NCBI GenBank assembly: GCA_002011125.2
Contig: MTMF02000009.1
Coordinates: 440,045-504,044 of the forward strand
From: Candidatus Hydrothermarchaeum profundi
GTDB lineage: Archaea; Hydrothermarchaeota; Hydrothermarchaeia; Hydrothermarchaeales; Hydrothermarchaeaceae
Length of the DNA stretch: 64,000 bases
Direction of reading: 5' to 3'
Position numbers and translations under genes: made by a program. Of the stretch, positions 45,466 through 54,297 are shown one piece after another; positions within the stretch are counted from its first letter, which is position 1, and each line of letters starts with the position of its first letter. The notes under the pieces were generated by a model. It was not told the DNA's origin, made no database searches, and was given only the letters and a program-made list of their open reading frames with translations.

Positions 45466-47175
45466 TTATATATTCTCAATAGTAATTTCGCCTTTAAGTA
45501 GATTTTTAATTATCTTAGAAACATCTTTAATATGGACTCTAAATTGTTTCGTCGTATCTCTATCTCTAATCGTCACCATATCGTCTTTAAGGCTCTCAAA
45601 GTCTACGGTAATAGCATACGGCACACCGATCTCATCAACTCGAGCATATCTTCTTCCAATAGAGTCATTTTCATCATAAGTGACATAAAATCCTTCATTT
45701 TTTAATGAATCATAGATTCTCTTAGCGACTTCATTAAGTTGGGGTTTATTTATCAAAGGAAATACAGCTACTTCTATAGGAGCTAAAGGTTTCTTTAACA
45801 TTAACACTACTTTATTATCCCTCTCGGTATAGGCTGTTTCTAACATGCAGTAGAGTATCCTGTCAATTCCATATGAGGGCTCTATAACATGAGGAGTTAT
45901 TTTCTCTCCAGTAATAGTTTCTTCAACATACTTAACTTCTAGATATCTCTCATCCAATTTGATTTTCTGGCCCATTATCTCAATCTCAATAAACCCAGAT
46001 TCCAAAAAATCTCTGACGCCTTCATCACCGATTGAATTTATCTTATTTACTATTTCACCTACCATTTGCTTAAACCGAGGCCCTAATTCTCGCATATTAG
46101 GGATTAAAATCTCTTTCTTTTTCTTTTTAGGCTTTGAATATTGTTTGAATGCTTTAAGTTCTGTTTTACTCTCTTTTTCATGGGATTCTAAATCATAGCA
46201 GGTTCTATCCGCTATACCTACTACTTCAACCCATCCAAATCTTTCAGTAGAAACTTCAGCATCCCAACAATCTGCTGCATAATGAGCCATCTCATTTTGT
46301 GCATGTTGCCTAAATCTAATTTTTTGAGAGGGAATTCCAATTTCTAACAAAAATTCCTGAGTAAGAATTATTTGATAGGCCAGTAACTCATGAGCAATAA
46401 TATTCTTTTTAACAGCATCTCCAGCAGTGATTATAATTTCTTTTCCATCTCTAGGAAGTAATCTCAATTTTTTATTAGCAACGGACGAAAATCCTTTATG
46501 AGTCTTATCCTCAGGATCAACGAATATTTCAACTTCCGCCTGGCTAAACTCTCTAAGCCTTAGGAGGCCTTGCCGTGGTGAGATTTCATTTCTATAGGCT
46601 TTTCCCAATTGAGCAACTCCAAAAGGTAATTTTTTTCTATAAAAGGAATAAAGGCGATTAAAAAGAACAAACATATTTTGAGCAGTCTCCGGTCTTAAAT
46701 ATCCCACCTTTCTTTCTCCGGGACCAATATGTGTTTTGAACATTAAATTATAGCTCCAAACACCGCTAAGTTCTCCTCCACAGTCAGGACATTTTATGCG
46801 TTTTTCTCTAATTAGGTCTTCCAATTCCTTAAATGATAAACCGTCTAATTTAATGTCTAAAACAGAAGTAATTAAATGATCAGCTCTGAAAGGAGTTCTA
46901 CATTTTTTACATTCCACCATAGGATCAACAAAACTTTCTACATGGCCGCTAGCAATAAAGACTTCTTCAGGCCCAATTGTAGGTGAAAATATTTCAAGAT
47001 ATCCCTCTTTAACACAGTAAAACTCTCGCCACTTGTCTTCTATCTTCTTCTTTAAAGTAGCTCCAAGAGGTCCATAGTCATAAAATCCGCTAACGCCACC
47101 ATAAATCTCGAAGCTAGGCCAAAAGAATCCTCTCCGAAGGGCAAGCTCCATTACTTTGTCGTGCTTATCGGCCAA
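45466..47175 (-). CDS. glyS: Glycyl-tRNA synthetase (archaeal/eukaryotic alpha2 type)
   Basis: 'RRGFFWPSFEIYGGVSGFYDYGPLG', 'LRPETAQ', 'GKAYRNEISPRQGLLRLREFSQAE' and 'IEPSYGIDR'. The track start is TTG; an ATG lies 8 codons downstream. Confidence 0.9.
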   Translation of the reverse strand: MADKHDKVMELALRRGFFWPSFEIYGGVSGFYDYGPLGATLKKKIEDKWREFYCVKEGYLEIFSPTIGPEEVFIASGHVESFVDPMVECKKCRTPFRADHLITSVLDIKLDGLSFKELEDLIREKRIKCPDCGGELSGVWSYNLMFKTHIGPGERKVGYLRPETAQNMFVLFNRLYSFYRKKLPFGVAQLGKAYRNEISPRQGLLRLREFSQAEVEIFVDPEDKTHKGFSSVANKKLRLLPRDGKEIIITAGDAVKKNIIAHELLAYQIILTQEFLLEIGIPSQKIRFRQHAQNEMAHYAADCWDAEVSTERFGWVEVVGIADRTCYDLESHEKESKTELKAFKQYSKPKKKKKEILIPNMRELGPRFKQMVGEIVNKINSIGDEGVRDFLESGFIEIEIMGQKIKLDERYLEVKYVEETITGEKITPHVIEPSYGIDRILYCMLETAYTERDNKVVLMLKKPLAPIEVAVFPLINKPQLNEVAKRIYDSLKNEGFYVTYDENDSIGRRYARVDEIGVPYAITVDFESLKDDMVTIRDRDTTKQFRVHIKDVSKIIKNLLKGEITIENI

Positions 47176-47226
47176 GTTTCCTCACCAGTCTTCTAATAAG
47201 CTAACGAATATTTAGTAGACGCCTGA

Positions 47227-47463
47227 CTATTTTTTCTTTCTTTTTTTCTTGGCTTTCCCTTTTTTATCATCGTAAAGAGAAATAGGACAACTCCCTCTTC
47301 TCCGATCTAGGAACACCAATATAATTCCAGCTCCAATCAAGATAAACGGCAAAATAAATTTTACGCTCTGAAATGTTGTGATTATAAAAAGTCCTCCAAA
47401 TGCACCTATCACAGCGGCTATAATTGCCCCTATGGATATCAACAGCTTTTTTGAAGATACCAT
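47227..47463 (-). CDS. Small membrane protein (2 TM) with a poly-Lys C-terminal tail
   Basis: Two hydrophobic helices and the tail 'DDKKGKAKKKRKKK'. I recognise no family. Confidence 0.4.
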   Translation of the reverse strand: MVSSKKLLISIGAIIAAVIGAFGGLFIITTFQSVKFILPFILIGAGIILVFLDRRRGSCPISLYDDKKGKAKKKRKKK

Positions 47464-47467
47464 TGTT

Positions 47468-48316
47468 TTATCTCAACGCTTTTAATAAATTCGTATCTTT
47501 CACAATACCTATTATTCTACCCTCAGCATCTATCACAGGCACTTGTTCAATTCTTGCGTCAGCCATCCTTTTCGAGCACTCAGAAACCGGAGTCTTTCTA
47601 GTCACGGTCACGACTTTTTTAACCATTAGATCACGAACGAGTATGTCTGGAACTTCGAATTTTTTTTTCATTATATAAACAACGCTTTTACTATCCCATC
47701 CCCATCTATCGCCTTCAGTACCGCTTGATATCTCTGACTTTTCTGTAGATTCGGTTAATTCTATAACTTTAAGTATATCTGTATCTCCAATCACTCCTAC
47801 AAGAGTGTTATCAGAATCCAGCACGGGCAGCGCTCTCGTTTTAGCGAGGCTCATTATTTGATATGCAACTTTTAGGGGCGTTCCGTCCCAAATTGCGGTC
47901 AGTGAGTCGTCCATGTACTTTTCAATAGGCTCTGATATGTCCATTTTTGCAAGCGCTCTCCATACAATATCGCTTATCGTAACTATCCCTATTAGATCAG
48001 AATTTTCCACTACAGGAAGCCTGCGGAAGCCTTTTTCTTTAAATATTTTGGCCGCTTCAGAAATATCAGCGTCAGGGGAAATTGTCATTACAGTTCTAGT
48101 CATAAGTAAAGCAAGTTGACTTTCATCGGGATTTCTAGAAAAATCGTTTCTAGTTACTACTCCCACAATCTCTTTAGTTCCTCTTTTTACTACGGGCAAA
48201 CCAGAAACGTTGCTTTTTAAAAGTAATTCTAATGCATCGCTGGCATTGCCAGGAACCTCAGCATATACTACATCTTTAGTCATTATGTCTTTAACCAGCA
48301 TTGGAAAAACCTCCAT
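47468..48316 (-). CDS. CBS-domain protein (four tandem CBS motifs)
   Basis: Repeated 'V.DIMT..V..v....s...A..l......sglPVv...g..iGivT..D' pattern, four times. Confidence 0.75.
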   Translation of the reverse strand: MEVFPMLVKDIMTKDVVYAEVPGNASDALELLLKSNVSGLPVVKRGTKEIVGVVTRNDFSRNPDESQLALLMTRTVMTISPDADISEAAKIFKEKGFRRLPVVENSDLIGIVTISDIVWRALAKMDISEPIEKYMDDSLTAIWDGTPLKVAYQIMSLAKTRALPVLDSDNTLVGVIGDTDILKVIELTESTEKSEISSGTEGDRWGWDSKSVVYIMKKKFEVPDILVRDLMVKKVVTVTRKTPVSECSKRMADARIEQVPVIDAEGRIIGIVKDTNLLKALR

Positions 48317-48745
48317 TTATTTATGCACTACTAATACAGGACAAGCGGAAGTCCTAACCACTTTCTCGGTTACACTCCCTAATAAGAAGCGATCAAGTCC
48401 TGTCCTACCTGCCGTGCCCATTACTATTAAATCTACCCCTTTTTCTTTAGATATCCTAACAATATCTTCTGATGGAACACCCTCCTCAAGTATATTCTCA
48501 AATTTTACTCGGTTCTCTTTTGCTACTTTTTCGATTTTTTCAAGAGCTTTTTTACCTTCGTCTTCAAGAAGTTCTCGCATGTTTTCCCATATTGCTTCTG
48601 TAGGCACTCCTGTGAAGGCTGATACGTCTATTACATAGAGGCCGTAGACCTTAGCATTCACAGCCTTAGCTAACTTTACGCCATGTTCAACAGCTAGCTC
48701 TGCAGTATCAGATCCATCGGTAGGTATTAATATCTTTTTATACAT
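48317..48745 (-). CDS. Universal stress protein (UspA family)
   Basis: 'KKILIPTDGS', 'DLIVMGTAGRTGLDRFLLGSVTEKVVRTSACPVLVV'. Confidence 0.8.
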   Translation of the reverse strand: MYKKILIPTDGSDTAELAVEHGVKLAKAVNAKVYGLYVIDVSAFTGVPTEAIWENMRELLEDEGKKALEKIEKVAKENRVKFENILEEGVPSEDIVRISKEKGVDLIVMGTAGRTGLDRFLLGSVTEKVVRTSACPVLVVHK

Positions 48746-49815
48746 TTTGACCCCTTAACGAGTGCCCTGATGTCTTTTATTTCGAATCTGTGTAGAATAG
48801 CTATTATCGGGTCATATATATATTTTCTGTTATGGAAAATTAAGAAGTCTGCTTTAGCTCCTTCTTTAATTGCATTATCTTCTAAACCAAGAACGCGCCT
48901 ACCGTTTAATGTCGCAGCTTTCAATATCCTCTCTCCATTAAATCTATAGTCTTTGGATAGTCCTCTTATAATCTTAAACGCGAATTCCATCTCTCGCAAC
49001 ATATTTAATGAATTTACCATAACGTTATCAGTTCCAAAAGCAGCTAATGTATTACTTAAAATCTCTTTAATAGGAGGGATACCCACCCCAAGCATGGCAT
49101 TTGCTCTAGGGCAAAGCACTACCGGAAGATTTTTTGAAAACACTAGCTCAAGGCTTTCTTCATTCACATTAGTTAGATGAACTAGAAAATCAGGCTCTAG
49201 TTTTAAGGCTTCCTCTAAATCATCCCTTACCTCTCCTGCGTGAATTGCCAGCAACTTTCCAGAACTTTTTACAGCGGTTGAGATTTTTTTAAGTTCAGTT
49301 TCATTATAGGAGCTGATACTGCTTATGCCGATTCCATTACTCTCGTTTAGGACGCTTTGAATAGGGTCTCCATCAGGCCTACCGAGAATAACAGCTTCAT
49401 GAAGAGGCGTTAAGCATCCTTTTAATTTTTTAATCCCTTCTACTCCCCCCTCCCTAAAATCGCAGAAAGATGTTGTTCCGCTTGAAATCATTTCTTTAAG
49501 AGAGGCTTTTATTCCAGGAATTATGTTTCTTTTAAGAATCTTAAACTTTATACTCTCTTTTCCAACCCTCTTCTCAATAGGCTCATAAGCCCCAATGTCC
49601 TGCGCGATGCCGTCTCCTAAATGTACATGGGCATTGGTAAAAGAGGGAACTACATATCCTCTTTTAACGTCGATAGCTCTCTTTTTTGGAGTTTTTCCCT
49701 CTCCTATTTCAGTAATAACGCCATCTTCTACTACTAAATATCCTCGGGTTATCTCAAATTCCTCTCCCTCTAAAATAATTGCGTTATTAAAGATCATACT
49801 TTTCATTTTTCGCAT
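48727..49815 (-). CDS. Amidohydrolase family protein (ATZ/TRZ- or nucleoside/nucleobase-deaminase-like)
   Basis: 'VVPSFTNAHVHLGD' H-x-H motif, 'LAIHAGE', 'LVHLT', 'AFGTDN'. Confidence 0.6.
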   Translation of the reverse strand: MRKMKSMIFNNAIILEGEEFEITRGYLVVEDGVITEIGEGKTPKKRAIDVKRGYVVPSFTNAHVHLGDGIAQDIGAYEPIEKRVGKESIKFKILKRNIIPGIKASLKEMISSGTTSFCDFREGGVEGIKKLKGCLTPLHEAVILGRPDGDPIQSVLNESNGIGISSISSYNETELKKISTAVKSSGKLLAIHAGEVRDDLEEALKLEPDFLVHLTNVNEESLELVFSKNLPVVLCPRANAMLGVGIPPIKEILSNTLAAFGTDNVMVNSLNMLREMEFAFKIIRGLSKDYRFNGERILKAATLNGRRVLGLEDNAIKEGAKADFLIFHNRKYIYDPIIAILHRFEIKDIRALVKGSKCIKRY

Positions 49816-50090
49816 TGGCAGGGGGCTTGCCTACAGTAGTTGCACACACCCGGATATTTACGACTCAAGGAATCCTCAAGATCTATATTAAGTAAATTTG
49901 CCAAGGAAGTTGTCCACGCGATTACATCAGCGAGTTCGTTCTCAATAGATTGAGCATCTCCTTTACGCAAGGCCTGTGAGAGTTCTCCTATCTCCTCTAA
50001 AAGCCATAGAAAAGTTTTATCAACGCCTCTCTTTTTATCTTTTTCATAGTATAGCACTCGCATTAAGGATTGAAATTCTTTAATATCCAT
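49803..50090 (-). CDS. MazG-like nucleotide pyrophosphohydrolase domain protein with a Cys-rich C-terminus
   Basis: 'LLEEIGELSQAL' and 'ENELADVIAW' are EExxE/ExxD-type motifs. The tail is 'CNYCRQAPCQC'. Confidence 0.6.
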   Translation of the reverse strand: MDIKEFQSLMRVLYYEKDKKRGVDKTFLWLLEEIGELSQALRKGDAQSIENELADVIAWTTSLANLLNIDLEDSLSRKYPGVCNYCRQAPCQCEK

Positions 50091-50156
50091 TAATATCCAA
50101 ATATGGTAATGGTGATAAATAATTTACTCAACGTTAAAAATAAATATGAATGAGTA

Positions 50157-50369
50157 ATGAACCAACTCGAGAGCTTCCGGCAGAAAAAAAAGGAAATGGG
50201 GGTTACCCACAAAGAGGACATGAGGGTAATAGAGAGGCTAGTGAAGCTTAACCCGGGGATTGTCAAATGCCCTAACTGTGGAGAACCTCTAGAAGTTCAT
50301 CACTGGGTAAGAGAGGAAGAAGTGAGGATACCTATTTTCAAGTGCCGTGCTTGTGGTTTTTTGGGGTAA
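50157..50369 (+). CDS. Small zinc-ribbon protein, hypothetical
   Basis: 'CPNCGEPL...' and 'CRACG'. 70 aa. Confidence 0.4.
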   Translation: MNQLESFRQKKKEMGVTHKEDMRVIERLVKLNPGIVKCPNCGEPLEVHHWVREEEVRIPIFKCRACGFLG

Positions 50370-50504
50370 CCTAAGATAAACAAAAAACGAGGTGATAACG
50401 CCTCGTTAATTAACTTATTTTATAGTTTATTTAGGAACTCTAGAATCTTATTTCACCAAAACAAGGGCAAGGAATATATATCCACAAATTGGACATTCTC
50501 GGAC

Positions 50505-50993
50505 ATGCATTTTAGTAACTATATTAGCAAAGCTGCCGCAAAAAAATGTTTAAGAAATGTAGCCGAAGTTTCGGTTACACCTACAGCTTTGAAGCAAACT
50601 CCGAAAGAGAATTTAAAATTTCTTGAAGAAAATGGAATTAAAATACGCATAGTTAATAGGCGGGGTAGACCGAGGAGGCTAGTTGAAAAGGATATTAGGA
50701 GAATACTAGCGATTAGAAGGGACAGTGGGCTGAGCTTTTATAGGATCTCTAGAATGTTAGGCATCCCAAAAAGCACGGTATTTGACTATTTTAGAAGATA
50801 TTCTACCGAGGAACTTGATGGCAAATATATAGAGGAGCTTAAAATAAGTGAGGCGAGGTCTTTATTTCACCAGCTAATGAAATCCGATATAGACGATCAA
50901 ATAATTGCTCTAGCTAAGCAGGGTTATGAAAGCAATGACTTAGCGGAGATAGAAGAAATAATGAGAGAGATAAAGGAGTTAATTTTTATATAG
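50505..50993 (+). CDS. HTH-domain protein (resolvase/terminase-small-subunit-like HTH), hypothetical
   Basis: 'RRGRPRRLVEKDIRRILAIRRDSGLSFYRISRMLGIPKSTVFDYFRRY'. Confidence 0.45.
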   Translation: MHFSNYISKAAAKKCLRNVAEVSVTPTALKQTPKENLKFLEENGIKIRIVNRRGRPRRLVEKDIRRILAIRRDSGLSFYRISRMLGIPKSTVFDYFRRYSTEELDGKYIEELKISEARSLFHQLMKSDIDDQIIALAKQGYESNDLAEIEEIMREIKELIFI

Positions 50994-51014
50994 TTAGGTT
51001 TAAAAATCTGATAT

Positions 51015-51182
51015 ATGGTAAAGAGGAAGAAAAGCAAAGTTTCAATGCCCGCGTCTGGCGCTGGTCTAGTTCGGTATGTGGACGAGGAGGGTAGGGGAAT
51101 AAAGTTCAAGCCTGAGCATGTCCTCGCTGCCGCAGTGGGATTTATAATAATAGAAGTAGCGCTGAAGATGGGGCTTATCTAG
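51015..51182 (+). CDS. secG: Preprotein translocase subunit Sec61-beta (archaeal SecG), 55 aa, absent from the ORF track
   Basis: Hand translation gives MVKRKKSKVSMPASGAGLVRYVDEEGRGIKFKPEHVLAAAVGFIIIEVALKMGLI*. 'SGAGLVRY', 'KPEHV' and the C-terminal TM anchor are the Sec61-beta signature. Confidence 0.8.
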   Translation: MVKRKKSKVSMPASGAGLVRYVDEEGRGIKFKPEHVLAAAVGFIIIEVALKMGLI

Positions 51183-51229
51183 TTTTGAAGTAACTTTAGC
51201 ATTATAGTTACATAAAAAGGAGCACTTAA

Positions 51230-51934
51230 ATGAAGATTGCCATAACTAGACCCCGAGAGAAGGCGGATGAAACAATTAAGAGGGTAGAAAATAAGGGCTG
51301 GAAGGCAGTAATAATCCCTGGAGTCGAGATAATCCCAAGGGCCGAAGAAGAAGTTAAAAAAGAAATAGGAAGGTTAGAAGAATATCACTGGCTTATTCTT
51401 ACTAGTGCTTCAGGTGCTGAAATAATGTTGCAATATTTTGGTGAAGAGTTAAAAAAGGTAAAGTTAGCTGTGATAGGACCAAAAACTAAGAAAGTATTAG
51501 AAGAAAAAGGTGTTAATGTAGACCTCGTACCTAAAGAATATAAAGGAGAAAATTTGGCAGAAGAACTGATATCGCGAGGGGTAGATGGTACAAAGATTTT
51601 AGTTGCAAGAGCGTCTATTGGGAGAGAGGTTTTAATAGAGAGGCTTAGAAGACATGCTGAGATAAATGAGGTCGTGCTTTATGATGTTGCACAGCCGAGG
51701 GATATCCCAGACAGTAAGATAATGGATGGGGTAGATGCAGTAATTTTTACTAGCTCTCAAAGTGTTAAAAACCTATACAAGGCATGGGGAGAAGAGTTCG
51801 GTAAACTCCTTAAAAATAAGAAAATTTGTGCGATAGGGCCTATAACCGCCGGAACCTTAAGAGGATTAGGTGTAAGAGTGGATGTAATGCCAGAAGAGTA
51901 TACAGTTGACGCTTGTCTGGAGGCCCTACGATGA
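51230..51934 (+). CDS. hemD: Uroporphyrinogen-III synthase
   Basis: 'KIAITRP', 'WLILTSASGAE', 'LAVIGPKT', 'FTSSQSV' and 'ICAIGPITA' fit the two-lobe HemD pattern. Confidence 0.75.
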   Translation: MKIAITRPREKADETIKRVENKGWKAVIIPGVEIIPRAEEEVKKEIGRLEEYHWLILTSASGAEIMLQYFGEELKKVKLAVIGPKTKKVLEEKGVNVDLVPKEYKGENLAEELISRGVDGTKILVARASIGREVLIERLRRHAEINEVVLYDVAQPRDIPDSKIMDGVDAVIFTSSQSVKNLYKAWGEEFGKLLKNKKICAIGPITAGTLRGLGVRVDVMPEEYTVDACLEALR

Positions 51935-52209
51935 GAGACAAGATTGTTATTTGGCCAGCGTATATAGATTCTCATAAATCTAGATCAGAGGGAAGAAAAA
52001 TATCAGAAAAAGAAGCTATACCCTCTCCTACACTTGAGGAGATTAAAGCCGCTGCGGATAAAATTGGACTTAATCCCATTGTGGAAAAAGATAAGGCCTT
52101 TCCTAGGGAGTGGTGGGAGGTGAGTGGAAGAGTTCTAGTTGATAAAAGAAAGCCAAAGAGTTTGTTGCTTAAGGATATAGCCCGCGAAATAAGAAGGAGT
52201 AGAGGATAA
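51931..52209 (+). CDS. srp19: Signal recognition particle protein SRP19
   Basis: 'IVIWPAYIDSHKSRSEGRKI'. ATG 51931 overlaps the hemD stop (ATGA). The track's upstream start at 51913 is less likely. Confidence 0.85.
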   Translation: MRDKIVIWPAYIDSHKSRSEGRKISEKEAIPSPTLEEIKAAADKIGLNPIVEKDKAFPREWWEVSGRVLVDKRKPKSLLLKDIAREIRRSRG

Positions 52210-52500
52210 ATGTCAGTGAATATTAATCTATCCAATATAAGAAAATGTATATGCGGTAAATGTCCTAGTTTTCCTGGAAAGTTGAACGAAATTGTTAGGT
52301 TCACGATGCCCGGTCTTTACTGTGCTGCTGGTAAAAGCCGATCAAAAATAGAAAGAAAAGGCTGTATTTGCAAAGATTGTTTGGTGCAAATTGAAAACAG
52401 TTTATTAGGGTCCTATTACTGTATAGGTGGAAGGGCATATGTGGAAGCGCGTGAATTGATTGATAAACGAGACAAGCCCATATCTACTATAGCACGCTGA
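52210..52500 (+). CDS. Cysteine-rich DUF2769-like protein
   Basis: 'CICGKCPSFPG', 'LYCAAGKS', 'KGCICKDC' and 'YYCIGG' match my recollection of the DUF2769 pattern. Confidence 0.5.
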   Translation: MSVNINLSNIRKCICGKCPSFPGKLNEIVRFTMPGLYCAAGKSRSKIERKGCICKDCLVQIENSLLGSYYCIGGRAYVEARELIDKRDKPISTIAR

Positions 52501-52582
52501 TAGTCATCATAAAATTATATTTCTGTAATAGGAAATGAAGCCTTTGAGAAGGCAGAAAAAGACGGTAAAGCTTAGTTCCGAC

Positions 52583-53308
52583 TTATAGAAAATTCTGTCT
52601 TTTTAAATACTTCACTGTTTCTTTAAAATCTTTTTCTAGATCTCTTGGGCGATATTCAACGCAGAGCTGAGATTTTCTAAGCATCTTAACTATTTTTTCA
52701 AAATTAAGAAGCCCCTGCCCAGGCGGTTTTGATTCTGTATCCTTTAAATGGACTTCTGCTAGTTTATCTCTGAAGCGTAATAAAGTGTTTTCAACATCCT
52801 CGCCACAGTCGTAGATATGCCCTGTGTCGGCCATTAATTTTACATTATCTCTATTTATTGTAGAAACTAGGGAATCGACATCTACTAATGAAGGCAAAAA
52901 AGAAGTCTTAATAGGACTTAATCCCTCAATTAATATGCATATTTCGCCTGCGAACTTAGAAAGATTCCTAAAAATGTTTACGCATTCCCCAAAAGTATTT
53001 TCCATAAAATTAAACCCATATGCCGGTACGGTAATTACATTCCCTGCTCCAACATTCCTTGCTAGCGTAATTGACTCTTTTATGTGTTTGACTGCAGCTT
53101 TTCGAACTCCTTTATCCCTGCTAAGAAGATTAAGTCGATGAAGAAGATATGCTTGCACTGATCTTACTTCAATTTCATATGAAGATAAGGCATTGAGATC
53201 CCTTTCACCTGTGCAAATCATTTCAAGCCACAGCCTGTGAGCTTGAATCTGAAATAGCTTATCTTCAAGGGAATTACCAGGAACGCAAAACTCTGCAAAT
53301 CCAAGCAT
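52583..53308 (-). CDS. Sugar phosphate isomerase/epimerase family protein (xylose-isomerase-like TIM barrel)
   Basis: 'ILIEGLSP', 'LMADTGH', 'EVHLKD'. Paralogous in fold to the ORF at 333-1124. Confidence 0.55.
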   Translation of the reverse strand: MLGFAEFCVPGNSLEDKLFQIQAHRLWLEMICTGERDLNALSSYEIEVRSVQAYLLHRLNLLSRDKGVRKAAVKHIKESITLARNVGAGNVITVPAYGFNFMENTFGECVNIFRNLSKFAGEICILIEGLSPIKTSFLPSLVDVDSLVSTINRDNVKLMADTGHIYDCGEDVENTLLRFRDKLAEVHLKDTESKPPGQGLLNFEKIVKMLRKSQLCVEYRPRDLEKDFKETVKYLKRQNFL

Positions 53309-53343
53309 AAGTTAAATATATTCCATAGTTTAATTTAGCTTCT

Positions 53344-53994
53344 ATGTTTGACTTTCATGTACACTCTATATTTAGTGATGGAGAATTAATACCCGCCGAG
53401 ATAGCTCAGAGATGCTCTATCCTAGGACATAAAGCCGTGGCTATTACTGATCATGCTGACAAATCAAATTTAGAACTTATATTATCAAATCTAGTACCCG
53501 CGTGCGAGGACCTAAATAAATACGTAGATATTGAAGTTTTACCGGGAATTGAAATAACGCACTCTCCTATTGATATGCTTGAAGATCTTATCAAAAAGTC
53601 AAAAAAGCTAGGAGCAAAAGTTATCATCGTTCATGGTGAAACGCTTGTAGAACCGGTTCCCAAAGGAACAAATCTCGCCGCAGTAAAAATCCCTGAGGTA
53701 GACATTTTAGCTCATCCCGGTCTTCTTACAGTAGAAGAAGCGGAATTAGCGAAAGAGAACGGCATATTCTTAGAACTCTCAGCAAGAAAGGGGCATTGTT
53801 TATCAAATGGGCATGTTGCTATGGTGGCAAATGAAGTAAAAGCGGATTTATTAGTTAATACAGATGCACATTCTCCAAGTGATTTTATAACGGAAAAAGA
53901 GGCTTATAATGTAGCTAGAGGATCAGGCTTGTCTGAGAAAAATTCAGGAATTGTTATAAGTGTTAATCCCCAAAGGTTTCTAAAGAATATATAA
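53344..53994 (+). CDS. PHP-domain metal-dependent phosphoesterase
   Basis: 'FDFHVHSIFSDGE', 'AITDHA', 'IVHGE', 'ILAHP', 'NTDAHSP'. Confidence 0.65.
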   Translation: MFDFHVHSIFSDGELIPAEIAQRCSILGHKAVAITDHADKSNLELILSNLVPACEDLNKYVDIEVLPGIEITHSPIDMLEDLIKKSKKLGAKVIIVHGETLVEPVPKGTNLAAVKIPEVDILAHPGLLTVEEAELAKENGIFLELSARKGHCLSNGHVAMVANEVKADLLVNTDAHSPSDFITEKEAYNVARGSGLSEKNSGIVISVNPQRFLKNI

Positions 53995-54030
53995 GCTTTT
54001 CGAAAATTTTATATAAGAGGAGGATATTGT

Positions 54031-54297
54031 TTGAGGTCCTTAGGTAAGGTTATCAATATTACTAGAGGGGGGGATATAATTTTAAGGGGAGGAGAAATTC
54101 CAGCTCTTTTTTCACAGGTTGGGACAAAAACGTCTAAAATCGGAAAAGTGAAAGATATTATCGGCCCAGTATCTAATCCCTATATTGTAGTAAAGCCGAT
54201 AAAGAATTTTACAGAAGAGGAATTGCAATCACTAAAAAATGAAACCCTCTACGAATATAGGAGGAAACGTAGTGGAAAAAAAAGTAGAGTACATTGA
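54031..54297 (+). CDS. gar1: H/ACA ribonucleoprotein complex subunit Gar1
   Basis: '[21 protein letters not shown]'. The TTG start follows AGAGGAGGA. The gar1-tfb gene order is conserved in archaea. Confidence 0.75.
   Translation: MRSLGKVINITRGGDIILRGGEIPALFSQVGTKTSKIGKVKDIIGPVSNPYIVVKPIKNFTEEELQSLKNETLYEYRRKRSGKKSRVH

Noticed and set aside
52534-52587. 17-codon basic ORF (MKPLRRQKKTVKLSSDL) in the spacer after the DUF2769 gene.
   Set aside because: It has no SD, it runs into the 3' end of the convergent TIM-barrel gene, and it is too short to evaluate.
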